64,000 bases of DNA from Antedon mediterranea. Taxonomy: Eukaryota > Animalia > Echinodermata. Position 1 is the stretch's first letter; each line of letters opens with the position of its first letter. Both the position numbers and the translations under genes were made by a program. Where the stretch lies: contig NC_092675.1 of the NCBI RefSeq assembly GCF_964355755.1, positions 14,356,912-14,420,911 of the forward strand, given 5' to 3'. Of the stretch, positions 1 through 13,718 are shown piece by piece. Under the pieces are notes generated by a model, which saw only the letters and a list, made by a program, of their open reading frames with translations, searched no databases and was not told the DNA's origin.

Positions 1-150
1 TGGCACTCTTCTACTGCGACGTTAACATCTTTAGAAACAGCTTCCCACCCATTTTTTTCCCCCGTTTTCCACTTTTGTATTCTTTGGTATTTTTGTCATA
101 TAGACAAAGATAAGCTTGAATAGCGTCAAACACACGGACTTCTTTACATC
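1..150 (-). pseudogene. MADF (Myb/SANT-like) DNA-binding domain remnant, Harbinger accessory ORF
   Basis: Manual translation gives KEVRVFDAIQAYLCLYDKNTKEYK..(frameshift)..NGWEAVSKDVNVAVEEC, which matches the MADF pattern (CLYD..K.YK......W..V......VEEC). Confidence 0.7.
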
Positions 151-334
151 TATTGGATTTTTTTACCCGGCGATGTTATTTACATATAGGCCTACAGTTC
201 ATCTATTGGATTTTTTTACCCGGTTTTTATTTCCTTTTTTATAAATAAATTCAAATGGTGTAGGCTAATTATAATTATTTATTTTCATTATCAAATGAAT
301 TATCATATGCCTATAAATTGTGTTTAGATTCAAG

Positions 335-366
335 CATGGATTAAAGAATCTATTCTTTAATCCATG
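335..366. mobile_element. 32-bp palindromic micro-MITE with CAT...ATG (P-element-like) ends
   Basis: CATGGATTAAAGAAT-CT-ATTCTTTAATCCATG is flanked by the direct repeat ATTCAAG (328-334 and 367-373). Confidence 0.7.
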
Positions 367-2932
367 ATTCAAGCAAACACTTCGGTGAATTTAATAAATA
401 TATATCATTAATTTATTTCCCAACCTACCTTCATCATACAATTAAAACAAAATCATTACGTAACTTTTCCTCACCTGCTTTTGAACGCAAACTATGCCAG
501 GTGAACGTATTGTTATACTGATGATCCTGATGATGACACTGTTCTCTGACATTTTATGAAATGGTATTGCCATAACGTTTTTAATTTAGTCCGTCTGTGT
601 GTATTATTTTTACCCATTATATCGTATTTTTATAATGTTTATATAATTATAATAAGTAACAAGCAAGACAATTTTGTATATTTCTTACATCTATTTCGTA
701 TTTCATCCACCTAAATTATTACATTCTATCACGAATTGAAAAAAAAAAGTGGTTCATGTTTATTTACGTATCATTATTGTCAACAATTCTTAATATATAC
801 GGTACTTTCTACTTTCTATCACCTTTCCAAGCTTTGACCTTCTTGCCAACGTCACATAATCCTCGTCACTGATTGGCTGGTTCTTACGATCATTGCGCTT
901 ACGCTTACGAAAGTTGACTTCAAGTCAACTTTCGTAAGCGTAAGCGGAAGGGTATAAAATCGAATCGTAAGGCATGTTCATCCAGAAATTCACCGGTTTC
1001 CTGTCGAACCGTCGAATATCGACGTAACAGACGGAAGCTTCAGTCACCGGTTTCCTGTCAAACACTTGTACAACGACGATTTCTACTTGCGTTACGTCGT
1101 TTTGACATTTAGCTTTTTTCAACCGGTTTCCTGTCGATTTTCAATTTCCAATGTAAAAACGACGCAATCGTAAGAAATTCTAATTTCTTACGTCGACTGG
1201 AAACCAGGCTTTACGTTGATATCCGACGTTGATACAACATTAGAGAGTTTACGAAACACGACGGGAGCTAGGACAACGAGTGATTGGCAGCGATAGCCCC
1301 GCCCACTGGTGACACTAGCTGCCCAAAGTATGTAATATTGGTTATGTTTACATTACATGTTTTAGCAACTAAATAGTGGGATCCTAAATAGGGTTTGCAT
1401 TGATTTTTAAGGCCTAACTTAATAATATATAGGGGGCCTAAGATAGTCTATAATTATCACTTTTATTTAGGCCTTAGGTAGGCCTAGGCCTAACTAAATA
1501 ATGTTCCCCCTGCTGCCTACTACTACCTAGGCTACCCCATGCCTACTAGCGTAGGAATACTTAGATAGGGTCTACCTAGGCCTAGCTAGCTACAAACGAA
1601 GGGCCTTTCGGGGTCCCCCGGTCTAGACGCGTATTCTGTAGTAACATTAATATATTATAATGTTCAATATAAAGTTTACAGTTGAGTTCATAATTATATT
1701 TTAACAAATTGAATACACTATATACACACTGTAACAATAATAATTGGGCAATATTAAAAACAATGCAATATCAACAACTTTTAAAGTAAACATGCTTATG
1801 TATTCTGTAGTAACATTAATATATTTTAATGTTCAATATAAAGTTTAAACATTTGAGTTCATTTACAGTACTACTATAAATAAAATTTCCCTGAGACTTT
1901 ACAGTATACCTAACGAATATCAATCTGATTGTATGAATATTATCCAATGTATTACTGTATTATAATTAATAACTTTTAAAAAGGTGGAAAAATTGTTTTT
2001 TTTTTTATTTATTTTATAATTACTTGTATTGCCTGTATAATTTATCGGAAATATTCCTCAAGGGCAGGCGGATCTAATTGAAAGGTTTTGGATGTAATAT
2101 TGCCATAAAGACAAGTGTGAGCATCTGTTAACAGACAACAAACTACATAGATCTTCCCAATCTGCACTACTTAAGCCTATTTTTTGGGTTTTCTTGAAGT
2201 CCACAAATTTTCAATTTTCTATGATATCTCTGAACAGCCATTCAACAGATACCCTAGCCTGGCTCATGGATCTGTTAAAATCCTGTTAACCTTGTATCAA
2301 GTTTCCTTTAAAAGGAGCCTGTAAATGGACACGAAGCAATAGAGTTGGTGAAATTCAGTCCAAAATACGCAGAATTTTTTCCAAAATACGTCAAGTTGAG
2401 GGCCCTATACTAATCCAAAATACGCGAGTTTTTCCAAAATACGTCGACTTGAGGGTGCTATTCATTTTCCAAAATACGCGATTTGTCCAAAATACGTCAA
2501 GTTGAGGGCGCTATACTAATCCTAAATACGCGAGTCTTTCCAAAATACGTCAACTTGAGGGCGCTATTCATTTTCCAATATACGCGAATTGTCCAAAATA
2601 CGTCAACTTGAGGGCGCTATTCATTTTCCAAAATACGCGATTTGTCCAAAATACGTCAAATTTTGGGCGTTAGTAATTTTCCAAAATACGTCAACTTGAG
2701 GCCACTATTAATTGTCTAAAATTGGAAAATTATCCAACTATTACCCGCTATCAGTCCAAAATACACAGAATTTTTCCAAAATACGTCAACTTGAGGGCGC
2801 TATACTAAATACAAAATACGCGAGTCTTTCCAAAATACGTCAACTTGAGTTATCCAATTTAAAACAATATTAGATAATAGTTCTTGTAGTACGGTAGTCC
2901 ATTGGCAATATATCAATATTTGTTGTATGTTA

Positions 2933-2981
2933 GGATCTTCTGCTTGATATGCAGATGTGCTAACCATTAGACCACTGGCGC
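2933..2981 (-). pseudogene. tRNA-like 5' half (SINE- or Penelope-associated), not a functional tRNA
   Basis: The minus strand reads GCGCCAGTGGTCTAATGGTTAGCACATCTGC-ATATCAA-GCAGAAGATCC, giving an A box/D arm and an anticodon-like stem. It is truncated before the B box. Confidence 0.5.
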
Positions 2982-3268
2982 TTTCATGGTATAGTTCAAA
3001 CCCGATCTGATAGCGACTCTTTATATTCTCGGCGTGGTCCGGCGGAAAAGCACTAGTCCCTTAATTGTATGCACGCGCACCAGAGATCAAATTGATACGC
3101 CCCATCTTATATATGAAGGGCTAGTGTTGCCCGAAAGCTCTGCTAACTTTTCTGGCTGTTTACTTTATCGTTTTGATCTAGCTTTTCGCTTTTTATTTTT
3201 GTATCTCCATTGAGATCCAGCCACTGATACCCACAGCATTGTCATTTTTTTCAGTAATTTGCCTTTGG

Positions 3269-3500
<232 letters not shown>

Positions 3501-5789
3501 TGTGAAAAATTAAGGTGCAGTTGTGACTCTAAACTAGTCACCTCTTTTTTCCCCTTCTCGTATTCATCATTTCATTTCAGGTATTTTTAAACAATTAAAC
3601 ACCTTAAAGTAAAGGTAATCATATGTATATAACATAATATAAAAACATTTTTATTTTGCCGTTTTCCCGTAAAAAACAATTACTTACTACTTATATAACC
3701 GAATATTAATATTATTTTAAACATTTTAACACTAATTGGTTTTAATTATTATTACTTACTTTTCATCAAGATTGAAGACGATATTATAGTTCAGTTAGAG
3801 GATCATAATAATGTTACATTAGATCTCTCTCGCTTAGCCGAACCATTTTGAACTTTAACTAACTGTTTTAACTATGGGTATTTTGCCGTTTTCGTGTAAA
3901 AAAATAATTACTTTACTTCTTCTAACTAATTATTGATATTATTTTTATTACAATACCACATTCTTTTTATTATTATATATTATATGAAATAACTATTATG
4001 TTAGATTTCAGATTAGGTGACTTGTATTAGACCATAAGTACTTTAAATTGAAAGCGATGTTGGGCTATCGAGCTCGGGAAAAATATCAATTTTGTAGATC
4101 ACCAAATATATAACACATCACCTATGACTATACTTGTACATGCTGTTTTTGTAGCCGGTTTATGCCTCATTTCTAGCTACGTCTGGCAATGCAATCGTAC
4201 ATCGTTCAGACATTATTATATTATAGGCACTGTCTATTGACTGATGTTGGCACATATTTGTTTTTATTCAGTAATAAATGATTACATAGAAAAATAATAA
4301 TTGGCTACTATATGACATTTTATTTACAAAAAATTCTGCCTTCCAATAATTTCATTTATAACTAAAATGTACTTGTTTGTTTTACTCTAAGAAACTTTTT
4401 AACATTAAATTGTAATTTTACCTTACACTCTCAATATGACACATTTTGGACAAATCGCGAATTTTGGAAAATGAATACCGCCCTCAAGTTAACGTATTTT
4501 GGACAATTCGCGTATTTTGGAAAATGAATAGCACCCTCAAGTCGACGTATTTTGGAAAGACTCGCGTATTTTGGATTAGGATAGCGCCCTCAACTTGACG
4601 TATTTTGGAAAAAATTCTGCGTATTTTGGACTGATGTTCACCAACCCGACTCACACGAAGGGGATAATCCGGGTCTCCATAAATGCAGAGAGGATCTCCA
4701 TTTAGCCGTACGGCATAACGTTCTAACTGTTGTAATAAGTTGGATTCTCTTAACATTAAGGCATCATGGCGATATCCCTCGATTGGTCCGAACAGGTTTG
4801 CGATTAGTCCATTTGGCGTGACAACTGACTGAAATTTTAATGAATGTACACGCTTATGGCCATTATAGACAATTCTTTGGTATTCACCAGGCCTACAAAT
4901 TGGACGCACCGTCCCATCCACGAACCCCCAACAATTGTCGATCGGAGCACCAGAATCATAGATTGCAGCAGCAAAACGTTCCATATTGCCAGGTGATAGC
5001 CAAGGCTGTTGAAAACAATTGCTAAACAGATGCTCGAATCCGTTATATATGTAATTCAGAGCCATATTCGTTATCATGCAGAGTTGGGGAATGGGCCTGG
5101 CAAACATTGGCACCATATCAATGTACCTGCATGGATATTAAAACCTCTACAGCAAAATGCAAAAACTTTCGATGCCAGTAACTTTAAGACCGTTAACACA
5201 TTTAACATCATCCTCTATCTGTAGAGCTCTCTGCAGTCGATAAATGTCTTCTTTTCGAAATCTTTCAATAAAAATGAAAGCATGTGTTGTAACTAAGTTG
5301 AATAGCTAGCCTAGCCCTAGTAGTATATAAATAAGTATTGGCTATAAATCATAAATATAATAATATTAAAAATAATGTATTATTTAGTATAGACAGACCA
5401 ACGATTTAATAAATCAACTTGGTGACAATAAATTAGTCAACAAGATTAGCTCATGATTATGCCAGACAATACTACTTTCTCTAAAGCCTACCCTACTAGG
5501 CCTAACTAAGCCTTAGTTATGATGAATGATTGGCTTGTGGGTGACTTACCCTACCCCCTGGACTTACCTGAAAAAACGCATTACATTCGTCGTCATTGCA
5601 CGATTCCAGATTGAATTTATTGTAATCATTGTACTGAACATTTAAATTATTTGTTTTATTAAGATTATATAAAAGCAAATATTCCTCAGGGTCAATTATA
5701 TCTTCATAAAGTGCGATATTTAATGCATCTTGTACGACAGCCATGATGATTGTTTACAAACATATCAAGCCGAGCGTGACGCGACGTCG

Positions 5790-8410
5790 CACAGTGGGCC
5801 AGAATTGGTTCAAAGTGTGCCAAAAGTCTATACGCATAAATAAATACTGATTACCTTAACTTTTAAAGGATCTAAGGGGTTTTCAGACCCGTAGAATTTA
5901 ATAGAAGTATTTTTAAATAGGTATGACGTAATACAAATGGTGTTTTCTGATTGGTTGAGGCGAATGTGCTTGTGATTCTTATGTCGATTGATATTACATT
6001 CATTATTGAAAGTGTAAGGGTTTCTATTACACCCAATAAATGCAACTGGAACATTTTCTTAATATATTAGACGTCATAAAATAATAATTTTTGATTAGAT
6101 GACTTTAATTCTCATTACAATATCATGTATGATTAAATTGCATCCATGATTGAAACGTACTTAAATTATTTAAAGATCCACAGAGTTCAATGAAACCATC
6201 TTTTTATTGTTCAGTATGATGTCATTACAAATACTGTTTTCTGATTGTGTGAATAATATTAATATTGAAAATAGGTTTTTATTGTATGTTACAAATACGA
6301 GTTTAAATGACTGAAATACATCACTTATGTTGTTGTTTGTTTTCATTGCATGTTTTCGTCGATAGCCTCTTCGCTCATCATACCTATCAGTAATACAGAA
6401 CTCAAAATAATTGATGAACCATGAACTAGGAGAACATGTACACTCACTGGCATTTTATACCATGGATATAGTTGTATATATAACTCTGCTGTTTTTTGGC
6501 AGTAGTCCCTAAATTGTAAAGGGTCTAAACACGTATTAGATTGACATCCAAACCCGCAAATTTCAGCGAAAGTCTCCTTTTCCTGGAAAGCTAGCTCTGC
6601 AAGCTATGTTGCCATTGTTTTCCTGAACATTGTTTAAGTTCATCTACTTTCACTCCTATATCTTCTTTAAACCGATCGTGTATTTCTTTTCTTCATATCG
6701 GCAACGATGGCTTTTTCACTATCAGACGAAATACGCCCCTTTTTTTACTGGCATTCTGTACCAATATGAATTAGCATTTCAAAGCACCTACTCCATTTGT
6801 GTAGTGGCGAGAGCCATAGCTGTAGGCTTCTTCATTTAACGATGGGAGTTTATCCAAATCATTAAACTGTTTTAGAGTAGCTCCACATATATATAACATC
6901 GCATTGAATACTTGGTTTCAGTCAAAGCATTCACGACCTTTTGGTCAACTATGGTGAATTGTAAATTGTAGTGTATTTAGATGTCTTTTCTGTTTTCATC
7001 TGCAGCCAGTTCATAGTTAATTAATATCAAATAATATACTGAATTGCAGGTGTAAAGGTCGGCAAAATCACGAAGAAGTATCTTTATGTTCAACTACTTC
7101 TGTAATTTCTTCTTTTTTTTACTGAACAATTCGAAATGCAGTTTGGTCCAGCAAGCTTTGAAGGGGTACTCTTGACGAATCTTCTTTAACCGTTATATTA
7201 TTTGCGTAGCATCTGTGCTTAGCTTCCCTCACGTTCCACAAACCTGTTTGGTATGACTGTTTTGTCATATCAGTTTCAACTAGCTAAAAGTGACAAAGCT
7301 TTTTCACTTGTAAACTTGATCGGTTCTGTTTTTTTTCGGATATTAACTTTCTTATGTTAGCTGGTCTTAATGGTGTTAGCATTGCAAACTTCAGCACATA
7401 TTTTAAATGTGAATTTTGCTTATAGACGCCTTGTGAAGCAGCATAGAGCAGTTCTTTTGGTTCTGTGACTAATAATAACTGATGAAATGAACCTTGTGAC
7501 GGCCATACTTGTACCATATTCTTCGTAAATAATAAAGAAATGGTTTGATAGTTTTAGTAGTATACTCCAAAAGTTCTTTTGATATGTTCTCGGCATTCCT
7601 TACATTGTAATGTAAACGCAATTCACGTAAACATACATTGCAGGCTAGTTCAATGTTGGTAATTAAACCAGCCGAATGGACAGCTTTAAAGGTTGTATTT
7701 TGATATGGAGGCCATGTTACCTGTACCTACATTTATGAATGCTTATTCTCACACTGGTAGCATTCTCTTTTCCAATACAGATGCGTCGTGGAAAGGTTTT
7801 CTCTTCGTGAAGTTCGTGCGATTGCGGTACATCAATGTGTCAATGGAAATGCATTATACATTTATTTTAAAACGGGACATTTAAATAGCTTCCTATATGC
7901 AATGTCGCAAATTTTTGCATCCAAATTTGGTATTAACGTAAAGCTCAAGCTTTGCTCGAAATATTAATGTCAAAATTAGCGCGCGAATCGACGCGAATCC
8001 AAACTACTTTAGTGGTTTTACTTTAAAAATACGATTTTTTGGTATTTTTGGGCTATATTTTTTGGCTTTTAACCCTAAAATAAAGCAATAATCGAAAATA
8101 TTAATTTACTGCCTAATATTATTAATAACAGACAACAATTTTATGCAGTATCAAATCCATTGCTTTTTTCTTGAAAAAATAACAGCGAATTGATCAAAAC
8201 TGTTGTTTTTGCTCATTTTAAGTGAAATGGCATGGTTTCTTCAAGTTTCCATGGTTACAAGCCACTATTAAAATTTACAACAAATTAAATTATTAGTGGA
8301 TTTATATAATTTAAGATGTCTTCTTCCTAATCCAATATTAAAAAGTTCGGAATGCCACATTTACCATTTTGGACTTTTGGTACACTTTGAATTGATTCTG
8401 GCCCACTGTG
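5790..8410 (-). mobile_element. Transib DNA transposon (decayed)
   Basis: ~39-bp TIRs begin CACAGTGGGCCAGAAT. The 5-bp GC-rich TSD CGTCG lies at 5785-5789 and 8411-8415. A transposase motif is present inside. Confidence 0.92.
6340..7880 (-). pseudogene. Transib transposase remnant (related to the RAG1 core)
   Basis: At ~6470-6350 the minus strand translates as YPWYKMPVSVHVLLVHGSSIILSSVLLIGMMSEEA, the Transib C-terminal zinc-binding/catalytic-Glu motif. The upstream part is full of stops and frameshifts, and its boundary is approximate. Confidence 0.8.
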
Positions 8411-8513
8411 CGTCGTCGTCCCATCGCGTATCGTAAATGCACTTTTTAAAGTGGACGGCAACCAGCATTTCAAGCGTCAACGCGCATGGTAATCTTGTTT
8501 CGTAAACTATCTA

Positions 8514-8616
8514 ATGACGTCGATCCACCTTTCATATCCAGCGTCTTTTCAACGGTGTGTCGACGTCAGGGTTCAACGTCGATCCAACGTCAATCCAACG
8601 TATTTTGCCCGCTGGG
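8514..8616. mobile_element. Terminal part of a small TIR element (CCCAGCGGGCA end) that received the Harbinger insertions
   Basis: CAACGT-rich repeats at 1214-1240 rejoin those at 8514-8616, which end in TTTGCCCGCTGGG. The other end is not in the window. Confidence 0.4.
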
Positions 8617-10574
8617 CATCTACCTCGCCACAACCAATGTTATGCAAAAAATAACATATTTTTTTTGTTGTCTTGTGTGAGTTCTTCTCATGTTTATTTA
8701 AATTCTCATTGATGAATATATTATATACATATAAGTACATTTGTGACAATTAAAAGTAAGTGTTTAGAGTAGTTAAAATACCGGTATATTTACATAATAA
8801 GATGCCAGAATTCATATACCATATATTTTCTCATTTAAAATTTTAGATACGATGTTAATTAAAATGTAGAAATGAAAAATGGCGGTAAAATACATGATTA
8901 AAATTTTCTTGTTAAACTATCTTATTTGTGTTCTTATTTGTGTTCGAGTAGAGAGGCTATAAACTCAGGGTAGGAAAATGTGATATCCTCCCTTTTCACC
9001 AAGATAAGATGGATGGAATGAAAAAAAAGAGGAATGCAATAGGTTGAAAGTTAGTTATTTAGAATGATAGCATGCAATGATATATTTAATGGAAACCGTA
9101 AGGTTAGAGTTTATACACTGTGCAACTCCAAGATGCAATTTTGGCTCTGTGTGTATGTGAGACGCTTCATACCCGATGTCATCTTAGTACAACTACTACT
9201 TACAATTTGTATTTACGGTATAACATATTGCAAATATATAAAAATATATAGAAGTATATATATTGAACAAATACACATACCTATAGATTAAATTGACATG
9301 TATACGATATAAAATATTGCAAATATAGAAATATATATATTTTAAACAAAATACCAATACATACAGATTATATTGACATGCTACATGTATTTGAACTATT
9401 GTCATCTTAAAAAGGTATATATGATGCCTATAAACAGATTTTACGTTGATATGCAGGATTTGTGTCCATTATGATAAGGTAAGAAAGAAAAAGGAATCAA
9501 TAAAATAATTAAATTATTAACATCAAGTCTTTAGATAGTTTTAATAGTTTATCTTTTATGTTATTCGTCCATTTCTTCTGAGACTTATGTAAATTATGCA
9601 TAAATTCATTTGTTAATAAATGCTTTAATTCATAGTAAAATAATCTCCAAATTATTATTGATTCCTGATTTTGTTTCTTTTCTTTTCTTATTACTAAACA
9701 CGATTTATAAATGCAAAAAGTAAATATTGAAATATCACGTGATTGCGGGGCGCCCTCGCAATCATCTTTTGACAGCGTGAGCATCTCACCCTCTTCACCT
9801 CACGCTGTCAACAGATTACCACGCCAGTTTTTGGCTAAGTAAAATAATTTTCACTTTTACATTTACCAGTTCATTTTATCCTCATACACTTATAGGCTGT
9901 GTGAACTCACACAATATACTTTGACTGGAATTTATCTAACACCTTATCTTACCCCCATTCTGTTCGATTTTTCGTACTTTCCTGTAATTATGTTGTCTGG
10001 TTATGTCCTAGGCTCTACTCATTCGTTTCCGGTTGGAGCGAAAGCCTCGCTTTCCATCACGGCTTGGGTAATTCGTCCGACTCCATACTTGGTTCACATC
10101 GACCTTTGCCTGACTTCCGAATCAGTCATCACTATGATAATACTGTTCTTTGGGGGGTGCCCGGCCTAAAGATAAACGACCTAACTAATTTTGTAAATCA
10201 AGTGGCAACTTGATAATCGACCTCGGATCGAATGACCTAGTTAAAAAGTAAGGTCTGCTTTCATGCACGGGGCCTCTTATGCTAACTTATGCCATTAAAT
10301 AACAACAATCTTATTATCTGTTTCTACTACTGCGTCACTGTGGACAATCTGGAACCGGATTTTAGAGGAAAATAAATACATAATTAAACGAATAAACAAA
10401 ACAAAATGCCAGGCAATACACTGTTGACACCATTTATTATTTTCCCATTGTTTTACATCCAAAAGAAATAAATAATAACTTGTTTTTTTTTTTTTTTTTC
10501 TTTCTTGATGCTACAATAAACTGGCAAATATTTTGCACAAATCTGAATGGTTTATAGTTAGTATAGCATTCATC

Positions 10575-13560
10575 TTATGACTCATGCTGGTTTCCCAAGT
10601 ACATCATCATTATATTAAGACTCATGCTGGTTTCCAAAGTACAGCATTCATTATGACTCATGCTGGTTTCCCAAGTACAGCATTCTCATGCTCCTAAGTA
10701 CAGCATTCATTATTGACTCATGCTGGTTTCCCTACTACCACCACATAATTTCTTATGCTGGTTCATTATATTACTCATGCTCTTAAGTACAGCATTCATT
10801 ATTGACTCATGCTGGTTTCCCTACTACCACCACATAATTTCTTATGCTGGTTCATTATATTACTCATGCTCTTAAGTACAGCATTCATTATATGACTCAT
10901 GCTGGTTTCCCTACTACCACCACATAATTTCTTATGCTGGTTCATTATATTACTCATGCTCTTAAGTACAGCATTCATTATATGTGACCCGATCTGGCAA
11001 AACCCTCTCTTTGTCGGCAATTCAAAATTCACGTAATCAGTCAAAATACGTCCAAATCGACTACCCTGGCAGATTACATGTTTTTGCATTTTCGAAATAT
11101 TTCACTATCTAAGAATACGTCTACCTGATTTAAACTCCCGAAATTTAACTAAAATTATGAAAAATGAGAGTTTTAAAAACATGTATTTTCCTCAAGCCTA
11201 ACAATTTATTCACGATCTACGCTAAAATTTTGCGTAAATTCAGTTGAAAGCTGCTGAGTTTTACGACATTTTGATCGCCAGTTCGCTGCATTATGTTGAA
11301 AGGTCACACATCAAAATAAAGCTCATCCATTTGACATTCCAAATATGGAAGTTTTAGGGCGGAGTTTAAAGAAGGAACCAATGAAAACTTTGATTTACTA
11401 TGACATCATTTCAGAAAATTCGGTTCTTCGAAGTTTCTGGAACAGCGAACTGCGTGTGTTGCTATGGCGCATCATCGCAATAACAAACGTTATTGGTCAA
11501 CGCGCTAGATGTTATACGCTCTACGCGCGGAAATAAAAAGTTGTTTACATTTTTGTGAGGTTATTTTTATTGTACACACAGCATGTCGTAAATTGGAATA
11601 AAAACGATTTTAATATTCAAAGTAAAGTGTTCTGCAATAGCTGTAGTGTGTATTTGTTTATTCCATAGTAAAATAGACAAGTCAAAAACAATTCACGTCA
11701 TAAATTCAATTGTATTTTCTATATTTTTTTGGGCTAGTAGGCCCTAGGCCTAGGCCTAATTTTATTATGGTTGTAGGCCTACTACTACTGGGCCTAGCTT
11801 TATATTATTGTCAATAGTTTTATTTATACATTTTATATATCCAATCGGCTCTTAATTATTTATTTAATTTATTGTCCATTCCTTTCATATTAAATGTTTT
11901 TTTAAATCATTGGATTCAAGCCCAAACATCACAGCGAATCTTCCACGTTATAAAAAAAAAACAAATGTAATCGTCAATACAGTGTAATGTTAGCTTGCAA
12001 TTAGCTGTGACTCTGCAAGGCGCCTAACTTGTCTAGACTAACGCTAGCCCCCGTGTCGATGCACCGCTGCCATACACGGCCTGATGAACACCCATCATCA
12101 GTAGGTCTTACTTAATACAGGCGATGACGGCGAAAATCTGAATAGGCGCGCCTAGTTAGGCCTAGGCCTGCTTGGTTTTTTGCCGTTGATATCGTAAACA
12201 CTTCCGAAACCAGTTAACATTAGCTTGGTAGTTATAATGCTGCTTTTCAATAGTGCAAAATAGTTAATTCGAGTGACTAAATAGGTTAAAACGGCGTCTG
12301 AAATCAGTCAAATTGACCATAGTGTCCACGCTGCTCCTATATCGCACACACTTCCTGGTATGACGTCATTGTGCCTTAGACCAAAATAGCGCGTTGCTAC
12401 GGAGTGAGTTTTCAGCGCGTATCAAAAAGAATTTCATTGCAAACTTCAAACGCGATTTTCTCGTAAACTAATTGAATGATTTGTAAGTTTTTAAAATATA
12501 ATAACTTTTTAAATATGTACTCAATTTTTATGAAATAAACACCATTGCAAAGCTTATGATTCAAATAATCTAAATATATAAAAAAATACAAAATGAATAT
12601 TTCCGACAAAAGTAGGGTTTTGCCAGATCGGGTCACATATGACTCATGCTGGTTTCCCTACTACCACCACATAATTTCTTATGCTGGTTCATTACCTACC
12701 CCCACATACGGCGGTGTTTTATCACTCATGCTCTTAAGTACAGCATTCATTATATGACTCATGCTGGTTTCACTACTACCACCACATAATTTCTTATGCT
12801 GGTTCATTACCTACCTCCACATACGGCGGTGTTTTATCACTCATGCTCTTAAGTACAGCATTCATTATATGACTCATGCTGGTTTCCCTACTACCACCAC
12901 CACATAATTTCTTATGCTGGTTCATTAACCCTACTACCACCACATAATTTCTTATGCTGGTTCATTACCCACCCCCACATACGGCGGTGTTTTTATCACT
13001 CATGCTCTTAAGTACAGCATTCATTATATGACTCATGCTGGTTTCCCTACTACCACCACATAATTACTTATGCTGGTTCATTAACCCTACTACCACCACA
13101 TAATTTCTTATGCTGGTTCACCATTATATGACTACTACCACCACATAATTTCTTATGCTGGTTCATTCATTATATTATGACTCATGCTGGTTCCCCTATT
13201 ACCACCACATAATTACTTGTGCTGGTTCATTTACCCTACTACCACCACATAATTTCTTATGCTGGTTCATTACCCACCCCCACATACGGCGGTGTTTTTA
13301 TCACTCATGCTCTTAAGTACAGCATTCATTATATGACTCATGCTGGTTTCCCTACTACCACCACATAATTACTTATGCTGGTTCATTAACTACCCCCACA
13401 TACGGCGGTGTTTTATCACTCATGCTCTTAAGTACAGCATTCATTATATGACTCATGCTGGTTATATGACTCATGCTGGTCCCCCTACTATCACCCCATA
13501 CGGCGGTGGTGTCTTATCACCCTCCTCTAAGTACAGCATTTCATTAAATGACTCATGCTG
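10575..13560. repeat. Minisatellite (~88-110-bp variable units built on GACTCATGCTGGTTTCCCTACTACCACCACATAATTTC) in the Ngaro 5' region
   Basis: Tandem units are visible at 10575-10982 and 12638-13560, interrupted by a TIR element. Confidence 0.92.
10983..12637. mobile_element. Non-autonomous TIR DNA element with a TA TSD (superfamily unassigned)
   Basis: Both ends carry the TIR TGTGACCCGATCTGGCAAAACCCT. Removing the element restores the repeat unit CATTA-TA-TGACTC, with TA duplicated. No coding signal was recognised. Confidence 0.88.
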
Positions 13561-13718
13561 GTTCATTCTCTACCCCAATGCTGACTTTTGTCTCCAATCT
13601 TTTATTCACTCCTTTAACATGGTTGCAGGGCCCTTTTCCCCTGCAACTTGATGATATCTGTCCACACACATTTTTCTTTCCGTCTTAATTGCACAAAGAT
13701 TTTCTTACAGATACACCA

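Larger units (their letters stand above)
1..1210 (-). mobile_element. End of a PIF/Harbinger DNA transposon (runs off the left edge of the window)
   Basis: The minus-strand terminus AGCCTGGTTTCCAGTCGACG abuts TTA (1211-1213), a Harbinger-type TWA target. There is an internal palindrome at 896-946 and a MADF remnant at 1-150. Only one end is visible. Confidence 0.65.

Noticed and set aside
12078-12140. CTGATGA...CGAAA hammerhead candidate
   Set aside because: No convincing stem II, or stems I and III, could be formed.
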